DNA of 64,000 bases from a virus. Its lineage: Duplodnaviria; Caudoviricetes. A program made the position numbers and the translations under genes. The stretch's first letter is position 1; each line of letters begins with the position of its first letter. The DNA lies in the IMG/VR virus record IMGVR_UViG_3300021426_000079, positions 1 through 64,000 of that record, one strand, 5' to 3'. Below are positions 1 to 9,030 of the stretch, piece by piece. The notes below the pieces were generated by a model. It was not told where the DNA came from. It saw only the letters and a program-made list of their open reading frames with translations, and searched no databases.

Positions 1-165
1 GGCGCGCCATAAGTTCTGATCCGTGCCGATAGCTACAGTCTCAAATACGACACCACTCTCAGACACATCCACCATTGTCGCGTCCAACATGGTATAGGTA
101 GTCACAGCCGCCGCAGATTTTGCGATGTTCTTAAACTCTTTAAAACTAATGTTAAATGCTGTCAT
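1..165 (-). CDS. hypothetical early protein (runs off the window edge)
   Basis: ATG at 165 after GGAGG and the promoter at 212-240; MTAFNISFKEF... stays open to base 1. Confidence 0.7.
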   Translation of the reverse strand, partial: MTAFNISFKEFKNIAKSAAAVTTYTMLDATMVDVSESGVVFETVAIGTDQNLWRA

Positions 166-257
166 GTTCTTTTCCTCCATATGTTTGTGTTTTGTTTTGC
201 TTTGTAACTACATAATACCATATGTCATTTGCAAAGTCAATAGCCTTTTGAATTTTT

Positions 258-593
258 TTAATCCGTCGTTCTATAGAAGTAACTCAATTCATCGCCTGTC
301 AAATGCGTACAAGCGTATTCATCAGCCTTCTGCCACAGATTATTATACAGCTTCGCGCGCGTATCATTCGTTCCGTACCACTGCCAGATTTTCCAGTTCA
401 GAATCAGCACCAGTTCTGTCAGATAAATATAGTCCTCTCGCCAGAATTTAAACGCACGCTTGAATGTATCTTCAATCGCCGCATCACCATAATAATCCGC
501 AATATCAAAGTCATTTCCAAAAGTCGTTTTAATCTCATAACCACAATGCTCTTTTGCGTATGCTTCCCAATCATACATCTTAATGTTATACAT
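258..593 (-). CDS. hypothetical phage protein
   Basis: 111-aa ORF with RBS and its own promoter. Confidence 0.8.
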   Translation of the reverse strand: MYNIKMYDWEAYAKEHCGYEIKTTFGNDFDIADYYGDAAIEDTFKRAFKFWREDYIYLTELVLILNWKIWQWYGTNDTRAKLYNNLWQKADEYACTHLTGDELSYFYRTTD

Positions 594-682
594 ATCTCAC
601 GCCTCCTGTGCGCTGTGTTGTTTGTTACCTTGTACATATACCATAGCATATGCTACAGTATATGTCAAGGCTTTTTATAAAT

Positions 683-1084
683 TTATTTTGCTTTTATAAA
701 ATATCCATATAACGATTTGTGTCCAGAATCCCACGTATCATAATATTGACCATTTACGATGGCAACTACATGGTGTGACACATTCGCCAGATATCGCCCT
801 GTTGGATGCTCTTTTGCAAACTCACTTACTGTTGAGCGTTTTGATCCATCCCTCACGCTAATACCATAATAATCAAAACCTAACTGTTTCAAAATTTCTC
901 TGCGCGTTTTAATCGGAGTATCAAACACATTCGTGCACTGATATTTCCTGCACAAAGGAATTGTCTTATCAAACGCTTCAAGCCATGTACAGTCAAGCAC
1001 CTTGCTTAATGCCCGAATGGTACAATCTCCGTACTGGTCTTTAACATCCTTTTTGTTTGGTTGATAGTATACATACGTTTTCAT
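683..1084 (-). CDS. putative papain-like (Cys-His-Asp) peptidase-fold protein
   Basis: GDCTIRALSK...HVVAIVNGQYYDTWDSG; start moved to MKTYV because the longer ORF begins inside the promoter. Confidence 0.55.
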   Translation of the reverse strand: MKTYVYYQPNKKDVKDQYGDCTIRALSKVLDCTWLEAFDKTIPLCRKYQCTNVFDTPIKTRREILKQLGFDYYGISVRDGSKRSTVSEFAKEHPTGRYLANVSHHVVAIVNGQYYDTWDSGHKSLYGYFIKAK

Positions 1085-1161
1085 GTTTGTGTTTATCCCT
1101 TCTGGAAAATGTGTTGTTTTGTTTGTTTCTAAGTACATTATAGCATATGCTATCAGCTATG

Positions 1162-1413
1162 TCAAGCGTAAATTTTAAAAAAATTATTGCTTATTTCATC
1201 AACGCGAAAACCTAAATCCTGCATCGCGCTTGCCGCGTTTCTCCCTGTCCATACCATAGAATTCTGGGCAAACAGCACTTGACTAATTGCATCCAGTTCA
1301 ACTTTTGTATCCAGACTGTACATATGATAGTCAACTGCTCTGTGGAGTTTTTCCATTCTAGTATAACGATCCGTTGCCAGTTTCCGCTGTCTGAAAATTT
1401 TCGTTGCCTTCAT
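1162..1413 (-). CDS. hypothetical protein
   Basis: MKATKIF start after GGAGG; stop codon lies within the next -35 box. Confidence 0.7.
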   Translation of the reverse strand: MKATKIFRQRKLATDRYTRMEKLHRAVDYHMYSLDTKVELDAISQVLFAQNSMVWTGRNAASAMQDLGFRVDEISNNFFKIYA

Positions 1414-1417
1414 TGTA

Positions 1418-1576
1418 TTACCTCCTATACCATGCAACATACAGATGTTCTTTTCCATCTTTTGAATCCCACGGAGTAACCGCGCCTCTCCTCCATCTTT
1501 TCTGCGTCTTCTCAAATGCTATTGCCTTTTCCTCAGTATCAAAAAATTCAAAAGTTGACTGCAATCTCCGCGCCAT
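1418..1576 (-). CDS. small hypothetical protein (52 aa, absent from ORF track)
   Basis: MARRLQSTFEFFDTEEKAIAF...; fills the gap between neighbours and has an RBS. Confidence 0.6.
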   Translation of the reverse strand: MARRLQSTFEFFDTEEKAIAFEKTQKRWRRGAVTPWDSKDGKEHLYVAWYRR

Positions 1577-1588
1577 ATCTATTCCCCC

Positions 1589-1798
1589 CTATGCCATAAT
1601 CCAGTTTCCGTGCTGAATTCCACTCTTCAATGTAGTAAACAATACGCCCTGTTCCAATCCCCATCCCTGTCCAATGTACCTATAAGGATATGCCGCCACA
1701 AGACTACCATTGTTGTCGCGTTTCATGCCGCGCCGCACTCTTCCGCTCTCAACCCAAACGTTATACTCTTTAATCTTATGCCATCCGTCCTGCACCAT
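1589..1798 (-). CDS. hypothetical protein
   Basis: RBS plus promoter cassette. Confidence 0.75.
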   Translation of the reverse strand: MVQDGWHKIKEYNVWVESGRVRRGMKRDNNGSLVAAYPYRYIGQGWGLEQGVLFTTLKSGIQHGNWIMA

Positions 1799-1868
1799 GC
1801 CTATTTCCTCCTATGTGCTGTGTTTGTTTTGCTTTGTAACTACATAATACCATATGCTATTCCGCTTG

Positions 1869-2171
1869 TCAAGCGGCTTTTTTATTTTCTTTTGAAAAAC
1901 ATTCGCCAACATAACGCCACACGCCATTGCGATAGTCTCCACTAATCCTAGTAAATGTACCCCATGTTTCCGCGTACCTGCCTGTTTTTGGATTCAGCTT
2001 GTAATCATATGGCTCTCCAATCTGAACCAAATTACTCCATGTAAGATGCGGCGGCAGTGCATTGATAAAGTGCATCACCACTGCGCTGTCCACCAGTTTC
2101 CCTTCTACTTCATCAAGATTATTAAAGCTATCGCTCATTTCATAAACATTCTCACCATTGTAAAGATACAT
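1869..2171 (-). CDS. hypothetical phage protein
   Basis: MYLYNGE start after GGAGG; stop overlaps the next -35. Confidence 0.75.
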   Translation of the reverse strand: MYLYNGENVYEMSDSFNNLDEVEGKLVDSAVVMHFINALPPHLTWSNLVQIGEPYDYKLNPKTGRYAETWGTFTRISGDYRNGVWRYVGECFSKENKKAA

Positions 2172-2377
2172 TTCCGCACCTCCTATATGCTGTGTTTTCT
2201 GTTTGTACTTGTATTCTACCATATGTCATTCTAACTTGTCAATACCCAAATTCATTTTACCAAAATAAATTTTACTCAAATACGATTGAATAAAACAAGA
2301 TTGAATAAAATTCCTCGTTGTTAAAAACGATTGTTCCGTGCGAAAAATCCAAAATGAAATTATCGAAACGTGAAAAT

Positions 2378-2405
2378 AAAAAGGGAGGCTTTTACACCTC
2401 CCTTT
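2378..2405 (-). terminator. intrinsic terminator
   Basis: AAAGGGAGG/CCTCCCTTT hairpin followed by a T-rich tract on the minus strand, just after the DUF262 gene. Confidence 0.7.
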
Positions 2406-2410
2406 CCCTG

Positions 2411-3526
2411 TCAAGATGCCATGCACGCTGTGTCCTCGTTCTCCGCGCTCTCTGCTTCCTCTGTATTCTCTACAGTCTCCGCATCCTCTGCGCCGCTGTA
2501 CGTGTCCAGAAACGCCGCCAGTGCGCTGTTTCGCTTATTAATACTGTCATTACTTGCCACTGCATTGCCTGCCGCTTCCAGATACTCAGCAGGTACATCA
2601 GCAAAGAAGTCAATCACAAATTCCTCAAACTTCTCTACGCGCTCGTCATGATCTTCGTACTTGCTCATGTACTTTTCCGCAAACGGCAGAAGTGATACAA
2701 AGTGCGTTTCCGTATAGAGTTTACGTGCAACACCTTTTTCGTTGTCGTCCGTCAACATAGTATGTACATCATGCATAAACTGGAATACATCAGCAATGTG
2801 TGCATACTCTTCATCTGCGATTTCCGCGCTCTCCACAATGGGAGTAAATGTCTTTGACTTGAACGACAGTTCGCTAATCTCGCCATACAGCATACACCAC
2901 GACTTCATTACCAGTGCAACATATGCTTTGTTTTCGCGCGCCTTATCGGATTCCATCTCGTTAATCAGTTCGTTATCCTTCGCAAAGTCAACAATTCTTT
3001 CCAGTTCGTTGCACTCTGCAAGCATCTTGTTTTTGCTAGACAGCGGCTTGCCATTATTCAGCCGTTTAAACAGTTCCTTTTCCTCGCCGAAAGTCAGTTC
3101 ATCAAAATACATTACTGACACTGTATAGTCTTTGATAACATCCTGCAAACTTTCGGGCAGTTCGCTGAATTTCTTACCATTCGGATCGTACTGGAATGGT
3201 TCATCGCTCATATCGTCAATGGTAACTTCGCCAATGCCAGTCAGTTCGTACTCGTCATTCAGATACTCAATGATAGCAGTGAGTCTCTGTTTTCCATCCA
3301 TAATAACATAGGTGTTATCTCCGCGCGCCTCGCTGTTGATATGCTTCCGCGCGTAGATGTTGGGAATAGGATAGCCAATCATCATACTTTCGATTAACTT
3401 TGATTTGCGCGTCTTTTCCCAAACTTCTCCACGCTGTACAATGTGACCAAAATCCAATCTGCCGCGCTTGCTCATTCCTGCAATCTGCTTTGCCGTCCAT
3501 ACGATGTTTGCTCTGTTAAGTGACAT
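2411..3526 (-). CDS. DUF262 (ParB/Srx-fold, GmrS-like) domain protein
   Basis: QRGEVW, IESMMIGYPIP, DGKQRLT and FKRLNNG motifs. Confidence 0.8.
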   Translation of the reverse strand: MSLNRANIVWTAKQIAGMSKRGRLDFGHIVQRGEVWEKTRKSKLIESMMIGYPIPNIYARKHINSEARGDNTYVIMDGKQRLTAIIEYLNDEYELTGIGEVTIDDMSDEPFQYDPNGKKFSELPESLQDVIKDYTVSVMYFDELTFGEEKELFKRLNNGKPLSSKNKMLAECNELERIVDFAKDNELINEMESDKARENKAYVALVMKSWCMLYGEISELSFKSKTFTPIVESAEIADEEYAHIADVFQFMHDVHTMLTDDNEKGVARKLYTETHFVSLLPFAEKYMSKYEDHDERVEKFEEFVIDFFADVPAEYLEAAGNAVASNDSINKRNSALAAFLDTYSGAEDAETVENTEEAESAENEDTACMAS

Positions 3527-3617
3527 AATTTTTTCCTCCTAAATGTGTGTGTTTGTTTTGTTTCTATGCTTACATACTAGCATATGTGATGCAGTATGTC
3601 AAGTACCTTTTTAAAAT

Positions 3618-3767
3618 TTATTTTTGTAACTTCTTGTAAATTTCCTGCAAGTCTTTACTTAATACTAAACCATCAATAACAAGATGCCCTTCCTTATCAT
3701 AGGTATATCTGAACGTTTTACCATTCGCCACGATTGTGTGACATTGCTCACGTTTTCGCTGTTTCAT
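3618..3767 (-). CDS. small hypothetical protein
   Basis: MKQRKRE start after GGAGG and promoter. Confidence 0.65.
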   Translation of the reverse strand: MKQRKREQCHTIVANGKTFRYTYDKEGHLVIDGLVLSKDLQEIYKKLQK

Positions 3768-3954
3768 TTTCCGTACCTCCATTGATGTGTGTTCTTGTTT
3801 GTTTCTAAGTATGTTATACCATATGTTAGAAGCATTGTCAACACTTTTTTTAAAATATTTTTGAATTCTCGCCGCAAACCACATCGCTGAAAAGTTTCGT
3901 TGTTAAAAGCGAAAATGTTTCGTTGTCACAAACGATATGATCTGCCGCCAAAAT

Positions 3955-4182
3955 TCAATAGCCAAAATTGAAATACCTAACTGCGCCATCACGCAACACT
4001 TTTGTTTCTCCGTTGTTGAATGTCACGCTATAAACATAAGTATGATATGGATGAATTCCGCGCGCTTCTAATACTTCATAAACCGCCTTCCACCACGCAT
4101 CATCCTTATTGCGCGCCTCGATTTCAATATTCTCTTCTGGTGAATATGATTCCTTTTGGTAACATACTTTGTACTTACGCAT
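3955..4182 (-). CDS. hypothetical protein
   Basis: RBS plus promoter cassette. Confidence 0.75.
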   Translation of the reverse strand: MRKYKVCYQKESYSPEENIEIEARNKDDAWWKAVYEVLEARGIHPYHTYVYSVTFNNGETKVLRDGAVRYFNFGY

Positions 4183-4330
4183 CGCGCGCGCACCTCCCTC
4201 TTGATATATATGATTATACCATATGCTATCGAATATGTCAATACCTAAATTTAATTATTTTGTCGCAAGATAAATGAATATCCACACGACAAAACCGATT
4301 ATCAGCTTGTCCAATGGTCGCGCCTCCCTG

Positions 4331-4654
4331 TCAAAAATCCACATCGTTAGTGAAACGATCATCACTCTTGACTATATCGCGCACCACATCCAACGGAATG
4401 TTAAAATCTTCACAATGTCCGATTTCTCCATTTCGTTTCACGCTCTTACATTTTGGCATCCCATTTGCCGCGCCGCTTGCAGTGAATACGATTCTCCCTG
4501 TTTCAGCTTCCACGATAACTACATCTTTAGTTTTTGGCGTATTGCTCAAAGCCCACAATTCCGATTGCGCATAGCCTATAGAAGTCATTGTCGTATCAAC
4601 TTTGCCTGTCTTCTTGCTAAATCTGAATGTTACATAGTGATTAAGTTTATCCAT
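4331..4654 (-). CDS. hypothetical protein
   Basis: RBS plus promoter cassette. Confidence 0.75.
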   Translation of the reverse strand: MDKLNHYVTFRFSKKTGKVDTTMTSIGYAQSELWALSNTPKTKDVVIVEAETGRIVFTASGAANGMPKCKSVKRNGEIGHCEDFNIPLDVVRDIVKSDDRFTNDVDF

Positions 4655-4734
4655 CGTTCGCGCCTCCTATGTGCCGTGTTTTGTTTTCTGTGCTCTTATT
4701 ATAGCATATGCTATCGTGTCTGTCAAGTGTATAT

Positions 4735-4935
4735 TTATACATTTTTCTGCATAAATACTCTATCGTCGTCGTCTTCATCTACCACAACGATTTCATATAC
4801 TCTATCAAAATCAATGTGGATAGACTGCGATCTCAAAATCCGCATCTGATTATTATATGCCAGTGTAGGATTGCCAGTGTTCCAAACTTTAGAATACATC
4901 ACATTGCCGCAAACATCACAAACTTCTGTTCTCAT
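4735..4935 (-). CDS. hypothetical protein
   Basis: RBS plus promoter cassette. Confidence 0.7.
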   Translation of the reverse strand: MRTEVCDVCGNVMYSKVWNTGNPTLAYNNQMRILRSQSIHIDFDRVYEIVVVDEDDDDRVFMQKNV

Positions 4936-5008
4936 ATCACACCTCCATTGTGCTGTCTTGCTTGTTTGTACCTACATTGTACTACTAACATATGCTATAT
5001 GTCAAGCA

Positions 5009-5200
5009 TTATTTTTCAATTTTTACTCTACGTTTTCTGATACGATGTGGATATAGTGCCTCATTCTCATTGTAGCATCTCAACATTTCATGTGCTTTAC
5101 AATATGTGTCTTCAGATGTAACCTCTTCCCATCCGCACTCTGATCCGTAATATCCTTCAATCACATATTCATCTCTTGTCTTCCGAACATATTTACTCAT
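5009..5200 (-). CDS. hypothetical phage protein
   Basis: RBS plus promoter cassette. Confidence 0.75.
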   Translation of the reverse strand: MSKYVRKTRDEYVIEGYYGSECGWEEVTSEDTYCKAHEMLRCYNENEALYPHRIRKRRVKIEK

Positions 5201-5290
5201 TGATTTTTCCTCCTATGTGTTGTGCTTGTTTTGTTTTCTATGCTTGCATTATACCATATGCTATGCAAGCTGTCAAGTGTTTTTTGAAAA

Positions 5291-5464
5291 TTATTTATTA
5301 AATTTCCATTCGTGACACTTCGCCAGTGCTTCACGCTGATTCCGCGCCTCTGCGATTTTCTCATATCCTACCGCGCGCAATTCCTGCTCTGAATATTTTC
5401 CGATTGCGAACACTGCATACGCTGTAATGTTTTCCTTAACTGATTCATAAATATCATATCTCAT
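5291..5464 (-). CDS. hypothetical protein
   Basis: MRYDIYE start after GGAGG and promoter. Confidence 0.7.
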   Translation of the reverse strand: MRYDIYESVKENITAYAVFAIGKYSEQELRAVGYEKIAEARNQREALAKCHEWKFNK

Positions 5465-5616
5465 ATCGTTGACCTCCGATCTGTATTCCTTGCTTCTGAT
5501 ATAAATATAGCATATGTTATCTCCGCTGTCAAGTGTTTTTCGGAAATATTTTTCAAGATAATTACTCATAGAATGGCATATACATTGCCGCATATGCCAG
5601 ACTATCAATCATTATC

Positions 5617-6063
5617 TTATAAACTATTGACTGTTGGATATCCTGCTCGCTCCAATGCTGTATTGATATATCGTAACGCATCCTCGCCGCCGTGATCCCT
5701 TGTAAACTTCTGAATTTCCGAAAATGACCTGCGCGGCTTCAACTCTCCAATTACATCAGTGAATAAATCAGTCTGACGATAGCAGTTATATTCCGTGTTT
5801 TCATCATAGCTTGCGCCGCCTTCTAGCTTTGTAGCTTTCAGACCTAAACGATATCCGATTAATTTCCTGCAATATCCTTTGCCTTCATACTGTGGAATCT
5901 GACTGCATACAATCTCAATTGCTTTTCCAGTGTGAATATCGCTGATAAATACGATATGTGCCTGTTTCTCATTCCATATAACATACTTCTGAATATCAAA
6001 TTTCCACGGATTACCCATCTTGCTTTCCATCTTGTTAAGCTGATCTCTTGTAAGTTTTGCCAT
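5617..6063 (-). CDS. hypothetical protein
   Basis: RBS plus promoter cassette. Confidence 0.8.
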   Translation of the reverse strand: MAKLTRDQLNKMESKMGNPWKFDIQKYVIWNEKQAHIVFISDIHTGKAIEIVCSQIPQYEGKGYCRKLIGYRLGLKATKLEGGASYDENTEYNCYRQTDLFTDVIGELKPRRSFSEIQKFTRDHGGEDALRYINTALERAGYPTVNSL

Positions 6064-6139
6064 TGTAATTTCCTCCTATGTTTTGTGTGTTTGTTTTCCT
6101 TACCTTGTAACTACACTCTAGCATATGCTATGCCAGAAG

Positions 6140-6331
6140 TCAACACCTAATGAAATTTCTATCCAGTCTGTCGATATATTCCGCTGTCATTTTCCACGCC
6201 ATAATTGATCCGTCATTATATCCAACTTGATACGCACTTAATGATTCACGATTCGGATTTTCCTGCACTATTCTAATCATTTCCTCCAAATACTCACGAA
6301 TATATTCTAGTTTGGTTTCCGCTGTCAGCAT
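6140..6331 (-). CDS. hypothetical protein
   Basis: RBS plus promoter; stop overlaps the next -35. Confidence 0.75.
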   Translation of the reverse strand: MLTAETKLEYIREYLEEMIRIVQENPNRESLSAYQVGYNDGSIMAWKMTAEYIDRLDRNFIRC

Positions 6332-6385
6332 CTCTTTTCCTCCTCCTGTTTATGCCTCGATTATACCATATGTTATTCCACATTG

Positions 6386-6526
6386 TCAACACTTTTTTGA
6401 AATTAATTTCCATGTATCCACGACAGCTTGCCGCGCATCTGCTGAAAATTTTTTCCACGCTATTTCCGCGCGATCCTCCGAATACCCATAGAAATATTCA
6501 ATAGCCGCGACAAACTGTGATTCCAT
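6386..6526 (-). CDS. small hypothetical protein (46 aa, absent from track)
   Basis: MESQFVAAIEYFYG...; RBS and promoter; TGA lies inside the next TTGACA. Confidence 0.65.
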   Translation of the reverse strand: MESQFVAAIEYFYGYSEDRAEIAWKKFSADARQAVVDTWKLISKKC

Positions 6527-6604
6527 TTCCGTTTCCCTCCTGTTTGGTATGCTTGCATTATAGCATATGTTAGTCTACAACGCAAGCACTATTTCCAAAA
6601 ATTT

Positions 6605-6742
6605 TTATGCTCTGATTTCCTTGTAGTATTCCGACCATGAACATACATTCGTATCATCATCGCCGTCATACCATGCGCGAAACTGTATCATCATTTCCGA
6701 GTATGTAAGAATTTCACCTGCTTCCCTGTTCATGTAACACAT
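6605..6742 (-). CDS. small hypothetical protein (45 aa, absent from track)
   Basis: MCYMNREAGEILTYSEM...; RBS and promoter. Confidence 0.65.
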   Translation of the reverse strand: MCYMNREAGEILTYSEMMIQFRAWYDGDDDTNVCSWSEYYKEIRA

Positions 6743-6833
6743 TTTCTTTTCCTCCTATGCTGTGTGTTTTCCTTGTTTCTGTATGTATTCTACCATATGC
6801 TATTTACGCTATCAAGTGTTTTTTCAAAAATTT

Positions 6834-7031
6834 TTATTCGTACATATGTTCGACAATTTCCAGTTCCGCCAAATTGTCAGAAAATTCTAACTCAATTCCT
6901 GCCGTCTGACCTGCCGCGCGCCATTTCCGCGCATCTGCCGCCATCTGACAGGTAAACAGTGTTCCGCATATGATTCCAGTGATTACCAGTGAAATGATCA
7001 TAGCCGTGATCTGTTTCCATGTTCTTTTCAT
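6834..7031 (-). CDS. small membrane protein
   Basis: MKRTWKQ followed by a hydrophobic helix. Confidence 0.6.
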   Translation of the reverse strand: MKRTWKQITAMIISLVITGIICGTLFTCQMAADARKWRAAGQTAGIELEFSDNLAELEIVEHMYE

Positions 7032-7059
7032 CTTTCCACCTCCGCGATTTTCCGCGCTC

Positions 7060-7263
7060 TCACTGCAATTCCTCGACCTGCTCCACAAGTGCTTTAATTA
7101 CGTTTCCAAGATACTCAATATCGGGATTTTCGTTTCCCTTTGCCAGAATTCCGCACATGATTTCCACTTCATCGCATCTATACTCTTCATCGTCATATCC
7201 ATCGCTGATGCAGTCTAAAACTCTGTTCGCTAATTCCGCTTTTTCAATTTCCGCGTATGTCAT
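7060..7263 (-). CDS. hypothetical protein
   Basis: RBS plus promoter cassette. Confidence 0.75.
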   Translation of the reverse strand: MTYAEIEKAELANRVLDCISDGYDDEEYRCDEVEIMCGILAKGNENPDIEYLGNVIKALVEQVEELQ

Positions 7264-7585
7264 GATCTGTTTCCCTCCGATTGTGTTTTGTTTCCCTTGC
7301 TTTAACTACATTATACCATATGGTATCAGGAAGTCAAGAGATTTTTTAATTTTTTTGATTTCCTGCCGCCGATTTCCGATTACTTAATTATTTTCATCGT
7401 ATTCGATGCAAGCCTCGTCTATGATTTCCATAGCTTGTTTGTATTCCGCGATAATATCATCGCACTTCTGAATGATTTTTTCATCGTATCCAGTGCATCC
7501 ATCGTTTCATCCTCCTGTTGTGTGTTTTGATTTTTGGTTCATTCATGCCCACGATTTTTATATCATGAGCATGGTCAGCTAAAAA

Positions 7586-7768
7586 TCAGAAGTTTTCATC
7601 AATCCATGCGTCTGTCGTCGCGATCTGTTCAGCAGTCATCATAAACTCTGCATAAACTTTATCATAGCATCCGCTGACATCGCTTGCTTTAATGCCGTAT
7701 GTATTGAATACGTGATTTCTCAATGCCGCCATTTCATCCCTGTTCAGAACGATATTAACTTTTTTCAT
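7586..7768 (-). CDS. hypothetical protein
   Basis: RBS plus promoter cassette. Confidence 0.75.
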   Translation of the reverse strand: MKKVNIVLNRDEMAALRNHVFNTYGIKASDVSGCYDKVYAEFMMTAEQIATTDAWIDENF

Positions 7769-7849
7769 TTCGTTGCCTCCTGTTGTGTTTTGTTTGCCTT
7801 GCTATGATTGTATACTACCATATGGTAGCCTATCTGTCAATACCCTTTT

Positions 7850-7981
7850 TTAAAAATTTTCATCGCTGTCGTCGTCGATTAAATCATCATACCATTTGTG
7901 GTGCTTTGCACCTGTCAGCATACCCATGAAAAAGAATATGCCGAATGCGATCCAGATTTCGATATATGGGATAGTGAGCAT
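7850..7981 (-). CDS. small membrane protein (43 aa, absent from track)
   Basis: MLTIPYIEIWIAFGIFFFMGML...; translationally coupled to the J-domain gene. Confidence 0.6.
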   Translation of the reverse strand: MLTIPYIEIWIAFGIFFFMGMLTGAKHHKWYDDLIDDDSDENF

Positions 7982-8517
7982 TACTGCTCACCTCCCTTCT
8001 TTTCATCGAGTGCCAGATTTCTCTGCCGCTTGCCTACGAACACCTCACTGCCGAATGTTGCGCGGATTGTCGCATCGTTCGTGTGCTGATGTTTACGATA
8101 CTTGCCAGTCTTGCCGATATACCATCTCTTGTGAGGCTTGCTCCATTTCGCGCCCATGCTATGAAGTTTGGCTACCTGTTCAGCGGAAAGTTTGACTTTG
8201 CTAGAATCAATCCAGAGCCATGATCCGCATACTTCTACATCACAGCCCATGTTCAGAATTGCGTCGATAATGTCCATGTACTCGGATGCACTCTTGTGTT
8301 CAGCGTTTGCGCTGTCTGCATCTGTTTCGTATTTTTCGCCGCTCTTGTTTTCGTGAACGTTTTTATAACGCGCCCACATATCAGCGAATTCGCTCTGCAT
8401 CGCCTTAAATTGCTCTGCATCGCCGCCATTATCGGGATGTAACTGCTTTGCCCATGCGACATACTCTTTACGGATCTGCTCTGCTGTTGTGCCCTTGAAA
8501 TACTTGTGAAATGCCAT
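7981..8517 (-). CDS. DnaJ/J-domain protein
   Basis: IRKEYVAWAKQLHPDNGGDAEQFKAM contains the HPD motif. Confidence 0.8.
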   Translation of the reverse strand: MAFHKYFKGTTAEQIRKEYVAWAKQLHPDNGGDAEQFKAMQSEFADMWARYKNVHENKSGEKYETDADSANAEHKSASEYMDIIDAILNMGCDVEVCGSWLWIDSSKVKLSAEQVAKLHSMGAKWSKPHKRWYIGKTGKYRKHQHTNDATIRATFGSEVFVGKRQRNLALDEKKGGEQ

Positions 8518-8883
8518 AATGTTTGCCTCCTGTTGTGTGTATGGTGTATGTTTGATTGATTATCTGTATTCTACCATAGGTTATTTGGGAATGTCAATAC
8601 CCATTTTTAATTTTTTTAATCCTGTGCAAGTACTTTGCAAGCTGTCAATTCATCGGCTGTCAGTCTCACGTCGCACTGACTGATAACATAGGTAGCACCT
8701 CCATGATTGAATGATGTATGATTGATTGTTTATGCTTCGCATTGTATCAGAGCAATTAGCATATGTCAATAGGTTTTTTGAAAAAATCTCAAAATATATT
8801 TATGTATTTACTTTGCAATACTTTTGTAACATTTGAAAAAAACCATCTTTTTTTTGCGATAATATGGAAGAAACTTTTCAGCC

Positions 8884-9030
8884 TCGCGCGTGCGCATAAT
8901 GCGCGCCTGTGCGCGTGCGTGCGTGTATGCGTGTGCGCGTTTCGCGCGTGTGTGTGTACCTATGCGCGTGCGGCTGTGCGTGCCTGTGCATCCTGTGCGC
9001 GCAGTGTGCATAATCCATACCAGAGCGCGC
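8884..9030. repeat. alternating purine-pyrimidine (CG/TG) tract
   Basis: gcgcgtgcgtgcgtgtatgcgtgtgcgcg...gcgcgtgtgtgtgtac. Confidence 0.8.

Larger units (their letters stand above)
212..8769 (-). promoter_or_regulatory. array of 20 sigmaA promoters sharing a CATATG-centred palindromic operator
   Basis: -35 TTGACA/T and -10 TATAAT-like boxes with 16-18 nt spacers at 212-240, 640-668, 1137-1165, 1844-1872, 2213-2242, 3574-3602, 3813-3841, 4213-4241, 4698-4726, 4976-5005, 5248-5276, 5504-5532, 6115-6143, 6360-6389, 6557-6585, 6787-6815, 7310-7337, 7812-7840, 8568-8597, 8741-8769; most are followed by an A/C-rich leader and GGAGG. Confidence 0.9.

Noticed and set aside
165-8770. Repeated intergenic units as a CRISPR array or integron attC sites
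   Set aside because: The units are degenerate promoter/RBS sequences separated by whole genes. There are no fixed-length spacers, cas genes, attC R/L boxes or adjacent integron integrase.
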